Shown piece after piece: positions 54,981-64,000 of a stretch of 64,000 nt of DNA. Below the pieces are notes generated by a model. The model was not told where the DNA came from. It saw only the letters and a list, made by a program, of their open reading frames with translations, and made no database searches. The first letter of the stretch is position 1, and each line of letters begins with the position of its first letter. The DNA is from Candidatus Micrarchaeota archaeon (GTDB lineage Archaea > B1Sed10-29 > JAJRYS01), in assembly GCA_964643685.1 (NCBI GenBank), contig CAZXTN010000001.1:1-64000 (forward strand), written 5' to 3'. A program made the position numbers and the translations under genes.

Positions 54981-56162
54981 ATGAAGAAAAAAATCAAACT
55001 CACTCAAAAAGACGAAGCATTAATAGCAATCTCATTAATAGGCTTCCTCTTGCTAGTTATAAGCATACTTTTCCTGCAAGAAACAACCTACTTCGAAACA
55101 ACAGCAATAATTTCAATAATAATAATCGGACTACCTTTCCTAATAAACCAATACTTGATATTCAAAAAAGCAAAAGAAATAGAGGAATACCTCCCTGACT
55201 TCCTAAGAGACGTGGCAGAATCAATAAGAGCAGGCATGCCCTTGTCAAAAGCAATTGAAAACGCTTCACACGGAACCTATGGAGCGCTTACAGATGAAAT
55301 GAAAATAACCTCAGCTCAAATATCCTGGGGAGTAGACTTCGAAGAAGCCCTGCGAAAATTTGCAGAAAGAGTAAAAAGCAAACTAGTAAGACAAGCCATC
55401 TTAATAATCATCGAATCACATAAATCAGGAGGAGAAGTAGCAGACATACTTGAAACAGTATCCACTGACATCAAAACACTTAAAAGTATAGAACAAGAGA
55501 GAAAATCAAAACTAAAAGTATACCTCGTTTCAATGTACTTCATTTTCCTCCTATTCCTCGGAATAATAGTAGCCTTGACACAAGCATTCATACCAGCAAC
55601 CCCTCAATTAAACCAAGCAGCAGGACTACTAGGAGGACACCCTTCAAAACTAAGCGAAGAAGACTTCAAAACATACTTCTTCCACTTGACACTAATACAA
55701 GCATTCTTTGCAGGATTAATCGCAGGACAAATGGGAGAAGGAAGCGTAATTTCAGGGATAAAACACTCAATAACACTCGTAGTAGTAACCCTTGTAGTCT
55801 TCCAAATTTTCCTCCCTCCAATAACACTCGAACAAAAAATAGCTGACTTAATAACCAGGACACCTCCAACAGCAACAAAAATAGAATCAGCAGCAAACGC
55901 CTTCACAATATACAAGACAACAACCACAAACGACGTCATAAGAGAAGTTAAGAAAAAAGCATCTTCATCAGAAAGGCTTAAAATGTACGAGAACATGACA
56001 GCAAGCCAAATAAGCTTTGATAAAATGCCAGACTGCAAGCCATGCGAAAGGGGAGATATAGTCGTTTCAAACAATTCAGTAGTAGTAAACAACCCAGTGA
56101 AAATAACTTACTCAGTATTCATCTCAAACAAAAGATACTTAGTGAAAATAGGAGGGGACTGA
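54981..56162 (+). CDS. Second platform protein (TadC/TadB-like) with C-terminal extension
   Basis: LPDFLRD.AE..RAGM; YGAL..E; ISWG..F; SGG; Q.FF.GL..G.M.EG....G.KH. Confidence 0.88.
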   Translation: MKKKIKLTQKDEALIAISLIGFLLLVISILFLQETTYFETTAIISIIIIGLPFLINQYLIFKKAKEIEEYLPDFLRDVAESIRAGMPLSKAIENASHGTYGALTDEMKITSAQISWGVDFEEALRKFAERVKSKLVRQAILIIIESHKSGGEVADILETVSTDIKTLKSIEQERKSKLKVYLVSMYFIFLLFLGIIVALTQAFIPATPQLNQAAGLLGGHPSKLSEEDFKTYFFHLTLIQAFFAGLIAGQMGEGSVISGIKHSITLVVVTLVVFQIFLPPITLEQKIADLITRTPPTATKIESAANAFTIYKTTTTNDVIREVKKKASSSERLKMYENMTASQISFDKMPDCKPCERGDIVVSNNSVVVNNPVKITYSVFISNKRYLVKIGGD

Positions 56163-56168
56163 TAAAAA

Positions 56169-56651
56169 ATGAAAGGAACAGTTGACTACGACTTCATACT
56201 CTCAATAGGACTGTTTGCAGTAGCCTACATCAGCCTGTTCACACTCCTCCCTTACATAAACATAAGTTCAACAGACACGCAAGACACTTTCCTGCAAGAA
56301 ACAGATTACCTATCAACAGTGCTTGTAAAATACCCAGGATACCCAAAAAACTGGACAGCAACAGTAGACATGAAATCAATAGGACTCGCTTACTACGACA
56401 ACACAACAACTTACCCAAACGTACTTGAACTGACAAAAATAAAAGCAATAACAAGCACTTCCTGCGAATCACTCAAACCAAAAACAGGAACCACGATGAA
56501 CTTCATAATAAACATAAAACTAAACAATGGCAGCAATTACAACTGCACAGGAACAAAACCAAACTACTCACGTGAAATACAAAGACCAATAACAGCATAT
56601 GACGGAAACGGAAACTACTACCCAGGCACACTTCAGCTATACTGCTGGTAA
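56169..56651 (+). CDS. Pilin-like protein
   Basis: MKG|TVDYDFILSI; L...PG.P.NW...IGLA motif common in archaeal pilus accessory proteins. Confidence 0.72.
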   Translation: MKGTVDYDFILSIGLFAVAYISLFTLLPYINISSTDTQDTFLQETDYLSTVLVKYPGYPKNWTATVDMKSIGLAYYDNTTTYPNVLELTKIKAITSTSCESLKPKTGTTMNFIINIKLNNGSNYNCTGTKPNYSREIQRPITAYDGNGNYYPGTLQLYCW

Positions 56652-56674
56652 AAAAACAACAGAGGCAAATTGCA

Positions 56675-57586
56675 ATGAATAAAGGATTTGTAAAAATATT
56701 CGAAGTGATACTTGCAATAAGCATAATATTCATAGTAATAAACAACATCTACTCCGCACTGCCACCAGCATACCAAGACGCACAGGGAATAAACCGCCTG
56801 CAAAGATACGCAGGAGACATAGCATCCTCAATATGCTACAGCCAAACATTCAGAGAAAATACAATCAAAGGATACATACCAATAAACCTTACATTATACG
56901 CTGACGCCTGGAACAAAAGCAATTCAAGCAGATACTATGATACTTCAGCTGATTTAGAAGGAACAGCAAGGCAGACAACCTACTTCAACAGAAGCGCAAG
57001 CAAAATAAAAATATGCATTGAAACAGACGGAGCCATGAATTCAGACATTGAATTCTCAATATGCGAAAAAGACACTTCAAGCAACTACTACTGCAAAATA
57101 AACACACTATCAGAAGACCATGTAATAAGCGCGCCCACCTCAGCTGGATTATGGTGCACTGAATGGTTCAACTACTCAGTAAACAAAAACAAAGTATACC
57201 TAGTTAATGACTACGTTACAGACGGCGATTACCTTGCTTATTACACTAATGGACAAAATGGCTTCTGGTGGTGCGACGGAGCAGACACCACGCAACAAAG
57301 AGCCCCTTTAACCACTTGCTACGATTACAGCACATACCCTGAAACAATACACGTATACGGCTACTACGACTTAGGATTAAACCAAACACTCGCCAATGAC
57401 CTAAACTACCACATCTGGCTTTACTCAAACAATTCAGCAGACGGAAAACTAGATGATTTAATAAACGAAAGCGGAAAAGAAACAAGCTCTACACTGGCAA
57501 CAGCATCCTGCTTGATAAGCAGCTATGAAAAAGAATACTCTCCTAAAAAAATAGTAGTGGGAATATGGAACAGGAACGAAGAATAA
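56675..57586 (+). CDS. Pilin-like protein with inserted beta-rich domain
   Basis: MNKG|FVKIFEVILAI (Glu near +5/+6); Cys/Tyr-rich central region. Confidence 0.72.
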   Translation: MNKGFVKIFEVILAISIIFIVINNIYSALPPAYQDAQGINRLQRYAGDIASSICYSQTFRENTIKGYIPINLTLYADAWNKSNSSRYYDTSADLEGTARQTTYFNRSASKIKICIETDGAMNSDIEFSICEKDTSSNYYCKINTLSEDHVISAPTSAGLWCTEWFNYSVNKNKVYLVNDYVTDGDYLAYYTNGQNGFWWCDGADTTQQRAPLTTCYDYSTYPETIHVYGYYDLGLNQTLANDLNYHIWLYSNNSADGKLDDLINESGKETSSTLATASCLISSYEKEYSPKKIVVGIWNRNEE

Positions 57587-57882
57587 TGAAAAAAAACAAA
57601 ACAAGCAAAAGAAAAGGACAAATTTACTTACTAATAGCAGGCATGATAATACTAGCAATAAGCACTCTCGCAAACATAGCAATACACACCTCAATGCCAG
57701 TCGAGCAGAAGCAGATAAAAACAACAAGCATAGGAGAAATGGCAATGAACTTGAAGATAGAAATGAGTATGATGAAAAGGAACAACATCAGCTCAAGCAA
57801 CATAACAGACTTCCTGAACATTTTCAACAACTACTCAGCTGAAAAAAACTACGAATCACAAACAAGCGAAATAGATTCATGA
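57586..57882 (+). CDS. Pilin-like protein
   Basis: KRKG|QIYLLIAGMII class III signal; TAATG coupling. Confidence 0.7.
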   Translation: MKKNKTSKRKGQIYLLIAGMIILAISTLANIAIHTSMPVEQKQIKTTSIGEMAMNLKIEMSMMKRNNISSSNITDFLNIFNNYSAEKNYESQTSEIDS

Positions 57883-57937
57883 AATCAGTTAAAATTTTAA
57901 AACAAAAACGATTGAACATAAAAAGAGGAGCTAAAAA

Positions 57938-60361
57938 ATGAAAATAACTTTAAAGGCAATAGCAGTTCTTGCAGTGATAATAGCAGCTGGATTCTCAACA
58001 GCAAACGTAACTTATACCCATAATAGGCAGTATGGATATTATCATATTTACATTAATTCAACAACTGGTGAGGGAATTTATAACAACCCCTATGATTTTG
58101 ATGATTTAGCTGAAAAAATAAACTCAATGAATAAAGTATTTCAACAGCCATGGAATTCAAGCATGGAAGGGGATGTCTGGACAGAATCAGCAACAGGAAC
58201 AGATGCTTACAACACTGACTCAATAGGCTGGATATGGGAAGGCAACAATGTAAGCTGTTCAACTGAAACAACAGATGTAATAGAAAACACAGGAAGTGTA
58301 AAATGCACTGTAAACGGAACAAGCCCATACATTCAACTAAGATTCACAGACTCAACAGTAAACTCAAGATACATAGAAGCAATAAGAATATCAGAAGGAA
58401 GATACTTAAATGCAAGCCTAAAATCAAGCAATAACTTAAATGTAAGCAAGATATACATTTATACTTCCTATAATACTCCTCCTTCATCAACAAAACCCTC
58501 AATGGAAGTAGATATGATTGGCAGTTTTAGACACAACCCAAACTGGGAACTAAACACATCATGGCAGACATTCACACTTGACAGGTACAACATGTCAACA
58601 TTAGAAAGCGTCTGCAGTTACAGAGCATCATACGGGGGAGAAAACTGCAACGACTCAAAAAACTTCATGAACCACTTCTTTTTGTTAGGAGTGAGATTTT
58701 ATCTTGAAGGAGCAAACATAGGAGACAATGTAACAATAGACGGACTAAGATTCTGGCAAAAATTAAACATTGACCACACTGATTATGGAACTTATTTTGT
58801 AAACGCAAAAATATATAACCAAGAAGGAGCATGGATAAAAGACAAAAGAAAAGAAATATACTTCCTAGAATCAAATGAAATACACAACTTCATATGCGGA
58901 GAATACAACAGCACATACGACACAACAAAAAACGGATGCACAATAGGACTACAATCAATAAGCCCAGCAACATACTACACCTATCAACAAATAATACTAT
59001 CAAATTCAAGCTTCTACGACACTCTATTCAGGAACTACGAAATATACAGAAAATTCGGAGAAACAGCAATGAACATAATGGGAATGATACAACACAGCTC
59101 ATCTTCTTTAACAGACACCTTTATTGACTGCACTTTCGAAAACTCAAGAGGAGAAAGAGGATTTTTTACAATCTATAACCCTAATATTTTATTAAAAAGA
59201 GTTATTTTTAAAGCAATGTATGGGGAATCACAAGTATTCTTCCAAACAGAAGGAAAAATAACAGCAAGCAACATTAACATTTATTCTAATTTCAATGCTT
59301 CCTCTTCTAAGGGAATTAATTTGCATCATGGGTATTTTGACTTATACAACATAACAAAAAACGACGACATAAACTACATGTGGTACAACTATTACGGGCC
59401 AACAGCAGCAAACATAACAGACTACGAACTAAAAAAAGAACTAACAAACGAAGAATCAAACAGTTACAACACAAACACATACGCATTATGGAACAACAAA
59501 ACTTACTTCCAATCAATTGAATTTGAAGTAACAGACGAAGAAGGAAACCCACTGAATGTAACAGCTACAGCTACAAACGCCTTTGGAGAAAACGAGACAT
59601 TTGAAATAAACGGTAGTTTAAGAAAAAGATTCAAAACAGCGCAATTGCTTCATTCAAAAGTATACAGTTTTCTAACACAAGACGCTGTAAGCGGAAGCAA
59701 CATAGTCTACGTCCAAGATAACAGCCAATTTACAAGCGGCATGACAGTAAGCTTAATCGATTCAAAACCAGAATACTACTTATCAGGAAGCTACAGATAC
59801 GCAAGCTTAACAGTTGATTCAACAGGAGAAAACGCCACTGGAAAATGGGTAAACTTCACAAGCACTTACTCAGGCTCATACTGGAAAACAGCATGGGGAG
59901 CAGTCCTTGTAAAACGCCCTGTTGACTACGACGAAACAGATTACGCTCCTTACAACATTACAATAACAAAAAACGGCTACGAGCCATACAAAATACTAAA
60001 CTTGACTCCAACAGCAAACTACAAACTAAGAATAAAAATGCACGGCTCACGCAATCTCTATCCAATAAACGCAAGGATAATCAGCGGAACAGAATACTCT
60101 ACAGGAGACACAGCAGACTTAGAAGTTGAAGTGCTCGACGCCTACGGACAGCCAGTTGACTCAGCAACATGCACTTTCACAGCCTACTACCCTGACAAAA
60201 CAACCTGGCTAAGCGGAATAAGCACCACATACCTCAACTACGGAGTATACTACAACAACTCAAACACAGTGCCTTCAACAACAGGAGTATACACTTACTC
60301 AGCCAAATGCGACTACAACGGCTACTCAGCATACGCAAGCAAATACTTCCAAGTAAGGTGA
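57938..60361 (+). CDS. Large secreted adhesin-like protein
   Basis: Signal peptide; carbohydrate-binding-like segment (W.TFTL...IDGLRF); beta-helix-like middle; C-terminal Ig-like domain. Confidence 0.65.
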   Translation: MKITLKAIAVLAVIIAAGFSTANVTYTHNRQYGYYHIYINSTTGEGIYNNPYDFDDLAEKINSMNKVFQQPWNSSMEGDVWTESATGTDAYNTDSIGWIWEGNNVSCSTETTDVIENTGSVKCTVNGTSPYIQLRFTDSTVNSRYIEAIRISEGRYLNASLKSSNNLNVSKIYIYTSYNTPPSSTKPSMEVDMIGSFRHNPNWELNTSWQTFTLDRYNMSTLESVCSYRASYGGENCNDSKNFMNHFFLLGVRFYLEGANIGDNVTIDGLRFWQKLNIDHTDYGTYFVNAKIYNQEGAWIKDKRKEIYFLESNEIHNFICGEYNSTYDTTKNGCTIGLQSISPATYYTYQQIILSNSSFYDTLFRNYEIYRKFGETAMNIMGMIQHSSSSLTDTFIDCTFENSRGERGFFTIYNPNILLKRVIFKAMYGESQVFFQTEGKITASNINIYSNFNASSSKGINLHHGYFDLYNITKNDDINYMWYNYYGPTAANITDYELKKELTNEESNSYNTNTYALWNNKTYFQSIEFEVTDEEGNPLNVTATATNAFGENETFEINGSLRKRFKTAQLLHSKVYSFLTQDAVSGSNIVYVQDNSQFTSGMTVSLIDSKPEYYLSGSYRYASLTVDSTGENATGKWVNFTSTYSGSYWKTAWGAVLVKRPVDYDETDYAPYNITITKNGYEPYKILNLTPTANYKLRIKMHGSRNLYPINARIISGTEYSTGDTADLEVEVLDAYGQPVDSATCTFTAYYPDKTTWLSGISTTYLNYGVYYNNSNTVPSTTGVYTYSAKCDYNGYSAYASKYFQVR

Positions 60362-60372
60362 AAATAAAAAAA

Positions 60373-60957
60373 ATGAACAAAAAAACAGCTTTCATAATCT
60401 CATTGCTTCTTTTCTCTAGCACTGCCTTTACAACCAGCTTATGGAACTACAAAAACCCATACTCTTCATTTCTAGAAAAACAAGACGTAAAAGCAAATGC
60501 ACTGAAAGTAAAAATAACAAGCGGAACAAAATATGCAGTAAGCGACTACATGGACTTAGAAGTGCAATTGACAAACGAGTTAGGAGAACCTGTTTCAAAC
60601 GCAAACTGCCAATTCAACTTGTACTACCCAAACAAAACACTATTCAAGCAAATGACCTCAACTTACCTAGCTTACGGAGTATACTACAACAACTCAATAA
60701 AAGCACCAAGCCCAACAGGAACATACACCTACTCAGTAAACTGCGCATACAATTCAAAAAACGCCTACACTTCAAAATGCCTGCAAATCACAGGAACAAC
60801 AACCCCCTTTTCAGGAGCAGTTGTAGCCCCATGCGATTTCTACTTAAACGGCTCAGAACAAGACTACAACACATACAAAGAATACATAACAACAATAAAA
60901 AACAAAGAAAACAACGCAAAAGAAACAATAATCCTAAAAATATGCTGGAAGGAATAA
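60373..60957 (+). CDS. Secreted protein paralogous to the C-terminal domain of the upstream adhesin
   Basis: Signal peptide; I.SGT.Y...D..DLEV...G.PV..A.C.F..YYP.KT...TYL.YGVYYNNS shared with preceding gene. Confidence 0.7.
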   Translation: MNKKTAFIISLLLFSSTAFTTSLWNYKNPYSSFLEKQDVKANALKVKITSGTKYAVSDYMDLEVQLTNELGEPVSNANCQFNLYYPNKTLFKQMTSTYLAYGVYYNNSIKAPSPTGTYTYSVNCAYNSKNAYTSKCLQITGTTTPFSGAVVAPCDFYLNGSEQDYNTYKEYITTIKNKENNAKETIILKICWKE

Positions 60958-60960
60958 AAA

Positions 60961-61326
60961 ATGAAAAAAAAAGAAAAAATAAAAGTAAAAATAGAACTCG
61001 CAGACACAATGCTCAAAAAACTAAAAGGACTGATGTTCAGAAAAAACCTCAACCACGCCCTAGTTTTCATCCTTAACAAAAAAACAAGAATAGGAGCAAG
61101 CATACACTCCTTCTTCGTCTTCTTCCCATTTGACATAATCTGGCTGGACAACGAGAAAATAGTTGACTTGAAAGAAAAAGTAAAACCATTCACATTCAAC
61201 ATAACTCCTGAAAAACCAAGCAACATATTCATAGAACTGCCAGCAGGCACCATAAAAAAAGCAGGATTGAAAAAAGGAATGAAAATCAAACACAATGAAG
61301 AATACCTAAAACTAAGTAAAAAATAA
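60961..61326 (+). CDS. DUF192 family protein
   Basis: ELADT...GLMFR; IH.FFV.FP.DIIWLD; IELPAG. Confidence 0.88.
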   Translation: MKKKEKIKVKIELADTMLKKLKGLMFRKNLNHALVFILNKKTRIGASIHSFFVFFPFDIIWLDNEKIVDLKEKVKPFTFNITPEKPSNIFIELPAGTIKKAGLKKGMKIKHNEEYLKLSKK

Positions 61327-61361
61327 CATTTTATTAACTTAAAAAAACAATAAAAAAAGCA

Positions 61362-62177
61362 ATGGGATTCCTTCAAAACTTACGTAGAAAAAGAGCACAG
61401 AAAAAACAACTAGGAAAAATGCCTAAAGAAATCAACTTCTTATTCGAAAGACACTCAGCTAAAGGAGTAGCAGACAAAACAATAAAAGCAATGAAGGAAC
61501 ATGACATAATCTTACTAGAGTACACTCCAGAAACTATGAAATTAATTGAAAACCTAGGACCTACAAAAGCAGCTTCTCATGTAAGATACCCAGAGGAAGA
61601 AAACAAGTTATTCAGAGAAGTGCTAAAACAAAAAAGACTCCACGGCAAAAAAATAATTTTTTACGACAAGTGGAACAGGAAAATGAAAAGAAAAATGGAG
61701 GAAATAGAACAAAAAGCAGATGAAGGAGACATAATAGGCATGCAGAAAGCAATGGCTGAATTTGCTGAAATGCGAGACAAAGAAAACATAAAAAGAATAA
61801 GAAAAGCAATAGAAGAAAACCCAGAAAAAAAGATATTGATTTCAGCAGGAGCAACTCACAGCCCCCTTTACCACGAATTAAAAAAAGAACTAAAACCCTA
61901 TGAAAAACAAGGAAAAGTAAAAATAAACAGGTCATTTTCAGGAGGCAAATCAGAAAGAGAAATGAAGTTTAATCCATTAGAACAAATAGTAAGAATGTTC
62001 AGGTTCAAAAAAAACATAACACCAGAAGACTGGAAAAAAATACACCAAATGGAAAAAGAAGCAAGAAAATTAATAGAAAAACAAGAAAAATTAATTGAAA
62101 AGTATATGAAAGAAGAAGGATTAAGTAAAAAACAAGCAATTGCAAAAGCCCACTGGGAAACAATAAAAGAAGAATAA
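61362..62177 (+). CDS. Hypothetical protein (Lys/Glu-rich, possible TraB/ChaN-like fold)
   Basis: Long ORF; DIILLE and I.AGA.H motifs are only weakly suggestive. Confidence 0.5.
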   Translation: MGFLQNLRRKRAQKKQLGKMPKEINFLFERHSAKGVADKTIKAMKEHDIILLEYTPETMKLIENLGPTKAASHVRYPEEENKLFREVLKQKRLHGKKIIFYDKWNRKMKRKMEEIEQKADEGDIIGMQKAMAEFAEMRDKENIKRIRKAIEENPEKKILISAGATHSPLYHELKKELKPYEKQGKVKINRSFSGGKSEREMKFNPLEQIVRMFRFKKNITPEDWKKIHQMEKEARKLIEKQEKLIEKYMKEEGLSKKQAIAKAHWETIKEE

Positions 62178-62267
62178 CAACTAACTTTAAAAGAATTGAT
62201 TAAAACCAGTTAAAACCAAGCAAGGTTTGAATTTTTTTAAAAACTAATTCTTTCATCAAATTAATTA

Positions 62268-63980
62268 ATGAAAATTGAACTTGATAAAAACAAATGCGTG
62301 AACTGCGGAGAATGCATGAAAAACTGCCCTTACATGACAGACACTTACTCCTCAAACATTTTCAAATGCGACAACTGCGGAATATGCGCGAACGTATGCC
62401 CTGAAAAAGCAATATACCAAGTCAACGGAATATACAAAATAGACTATGACAAATGCACCAACTGCGGAATCTGCGTGGAAGCCTGCCCAAAAAACGCAAT
62501 CATACCCCAGAAAAACGGAAAGCCGGCAAAATGCGACTTGTGCATGGACAAAGGAAAACCACAATGCATGGCAGTATGCCCATACAATGCATTAAGCCTC
62601 TCTTACTCTGAAACAGAAAAAAAATTCATTGAAAAAATAATAGGCTGGAAAAAACTGAAAAAAGAACAAGGCACTTTAGTTGCAATTTATGAAAACAATG
62701 AAATCATAAAAATAGGAGAAGAAAGGCATTACATCACTCAATTAAAAGAAGTCAACTACGACGAAGCACTGTTAATTGAAAAAGCATTAAACGCATTCAG
62801 AAAAGAAAAAAACCCAGATGAAGCAACAGCAGAGGAAATAATAGAGCAATACTGCGACTTGAACAACATCACAATAACCCAGAAGCAAATTGAAAAACTA
62901 ACCAAAATAATAAAACAAGAAACAAAAGGATACTCAGCACTAGACCCCTTACTTGAAGATGAAAACCTTGAAGAAATAGCAATAGTTGGAAAACAAAAAC
63001 CAGTATTCGTCTACCACAAGCAATTCGGATGGCTGGAAACAGACATAATGTTCGCAAGCGACGACAAAATAAAAAACATAATAAACAAAATAGGAAGAAA
63101 ACTAGGGAGAAGAGTAAGCACAAGCAATCCAAGAATAAACGCAGACGTGGAATTCGGAAGAATACACGCTGCAATACCCCCAGCAAGCGAAGAGCCTTCA
63201 ATAACAATAAGAAAATTCAACTCAAAACCCTTTACCACCACAGAACTAGCTGAAAAAACAATAACCCCTGAAGCACTCGCATTCTTAAAAATGGCTTTAA
63301 ACAGCGACGCAAACCTGCTAATATGCGGAAACACAGGAAGCGGAAAAACAAGCACCTTAAACACCCTCTTATCCTTCCTTCCTGAAAAAGACAGAGTAAT
63401 AGCAATAGAAGAAACACCTGAACTGAAATTCTCAAACAAGAACGCAGTGAGGCTAATCGCAGATGAAAAAAACACAATGGCAGAACTCGTAGCAGACTCA
63501 CTGAGAATGCGACCAGACAGAGTAATAGTAGGGGAAGTTAGAAAACCAAGCGAAGCAAAAGCGCTTGTAAACACAATGCTTGCAGGGCAAGGCAAAAGCA
63601 GCTTCGCAACATTCCACGCTCAAAACTCAGAAGAAGCGCTGATAAGAATGAAAACAATGGGCATAAGCGACGTCGACTTAAACGCCTTCGACTTAATACT
63701 TGTCCAAAAAAGATGGACGAACGCTGGAAAAAACAAGATAGAGAGAAAAGTAACTGAAATTTCATACGTCAAAAAAAATTACAACAGCAAGCCGTCGATT
63801 GAAAAAATATTCAAATACGACTATGAAAAAGAGAAACTGCAAAGAACAGAATCAGAACCCAAAGAACTCATTGAGAGAATATGCAACTCATACGAGATAA
63901 AAAAAGATGAATTCAAAAAACAATTAGAAAAAGAAAAACAGGAGATTGAAAAAAATGCATTCATTAGAAAACTGGCTTGA
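62268..63980 (+). CDS. Fusion: four-cluster 4Fe-4S ferredoxin domain plus CpaF/TadA/VirB11 secretion ATPase
   Basis: Four Cys motifs in first ~110 aa; then GNTGSGKT, IEETPEL, LRMRPDRVIVGEVR, TFHA. Confidence 0.88.
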   Translation: MKIELDKNKCVNCGECMKNCPYMTDTYSSNIFKCDNCGICANVCPEKAIYQVNGIYKIDYDKCTNCGICVEACPKNAIIPQKNGKPAKCDLCMDKGKPQCMAVCPYNALSLSYSETEKKFIEKIIGWKKLKKEQGTLVAIYENNEIIKIGEERHYITQLKEVNYDEALLIEKALNAFRKEKNPDEATAEEIIEQYCDLNNITITQKQIEKLTKIIKQETKGYSALDPLLEDENLEEIAIVGKQKPVFVYHKQFGWLETDIMFASDDKIKNIINKIGRKLGRRVSTSNPRINADVEFGRIHAAIPPASEEPSITIRKFNSKPFTTTELAEKTITPEALAFLKMALNSDANLLICGNTGSGKTSTLNTLLSFLPEKDRVIAIEETPELKFSNKNAVRLIADEKNTMAELVADSLRMRPDRVIVGEVRKPSEAKALVNTMLAGQGKSSFATFHAQNSEEALIRMKTMGISDVDLNAFDLILVQKRWTNAGKNKIERKVTEISYVKKNYNSKPSIEKIFKYDYEKEKLQRTESEPKELIERICNSYEIKKDEFKKQLEKEKQEIEKNAFIRKLA

Positions 63981-64000
63981 GAAAAAAAGAAAAGAAAAGA

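Noticed and set aside
52067-56162. Archaellum (FlaI/FlaJ) operon
   Set aside because: No archaellins or adjacent FlaH/F/G; two separate TadC-like genes fit an adhesive pilus
60060-60800. Possible diversity-generating retroelement TR/VR pair
   Set aside because: Differences are not confined to adenines, both copies are coding, and no reverse transcriptase is in the window
7545-62215. Recurring CAGTTAAA in intergenic regions
   Set aside because: Also frequent inside coding sequence of this AT-rich DNA; no fixed spacing to promoters seen
51600-63800. Many antisense and alternate-frame ORFs of 60-210 aa
   Set aside because: By-products of strong A/C strand bias that depletes stop codons; they overlap well-supported genes and have low-complexity translations

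Overview
AT-rich archaeal chromosomal segment. Gene content (NMD3, Dph5, Nop5/fibrillarin, EndA, AglB, Nre, archaeal type IV pili, TATA/BRE promoters, GGAGGTG-type RBS) and many trimmed proteins suggest a DPANN-type archaeon; this taxonomy is inference. From left to right it holds: PKD/Ig surface proteins; an acdB-DUF1003-porCDAB fermentation operon; a beta-CASP nuclease and NMD3; an AT-richer block of KaiC ATPase, tandem-V4R protein, UbiA prenyltransferase, homocitrate-synthase-like enzyme and a second KaiC; nreA, trpS, endA, dph5 and an agmatinase; a second V4R plus three-KaiC cluster; glyS, nop5, fibrillarin and a RelE-type TA pair; a tRNA-Ile(UAU) with two BHB introns beside an unexplained structured region; a large N-glycosylation locus with a chimeric pseudogene; and a type IV pilus locus followed by a secretion ATPase fused to a four-cluster ferredoxin. 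The most notable observations are (1) a candidate make-and-sense small-molecule signalling cassette (synthase + prenyltransferase + V4R + KaiC), (2) the double-intron tRNA-Ile(UAU) with a 115-nt multibranch intron at 59/60, (3) a TGTTACT-N7-AGTAACA operator at identical spacing behind three TATA boxes, (4) the ferredoxin-ATPase fusion, and (5) kb-scale flips in G/T versus A/C strand bias. All calls come from reading motifs by eye; no database searches were run.
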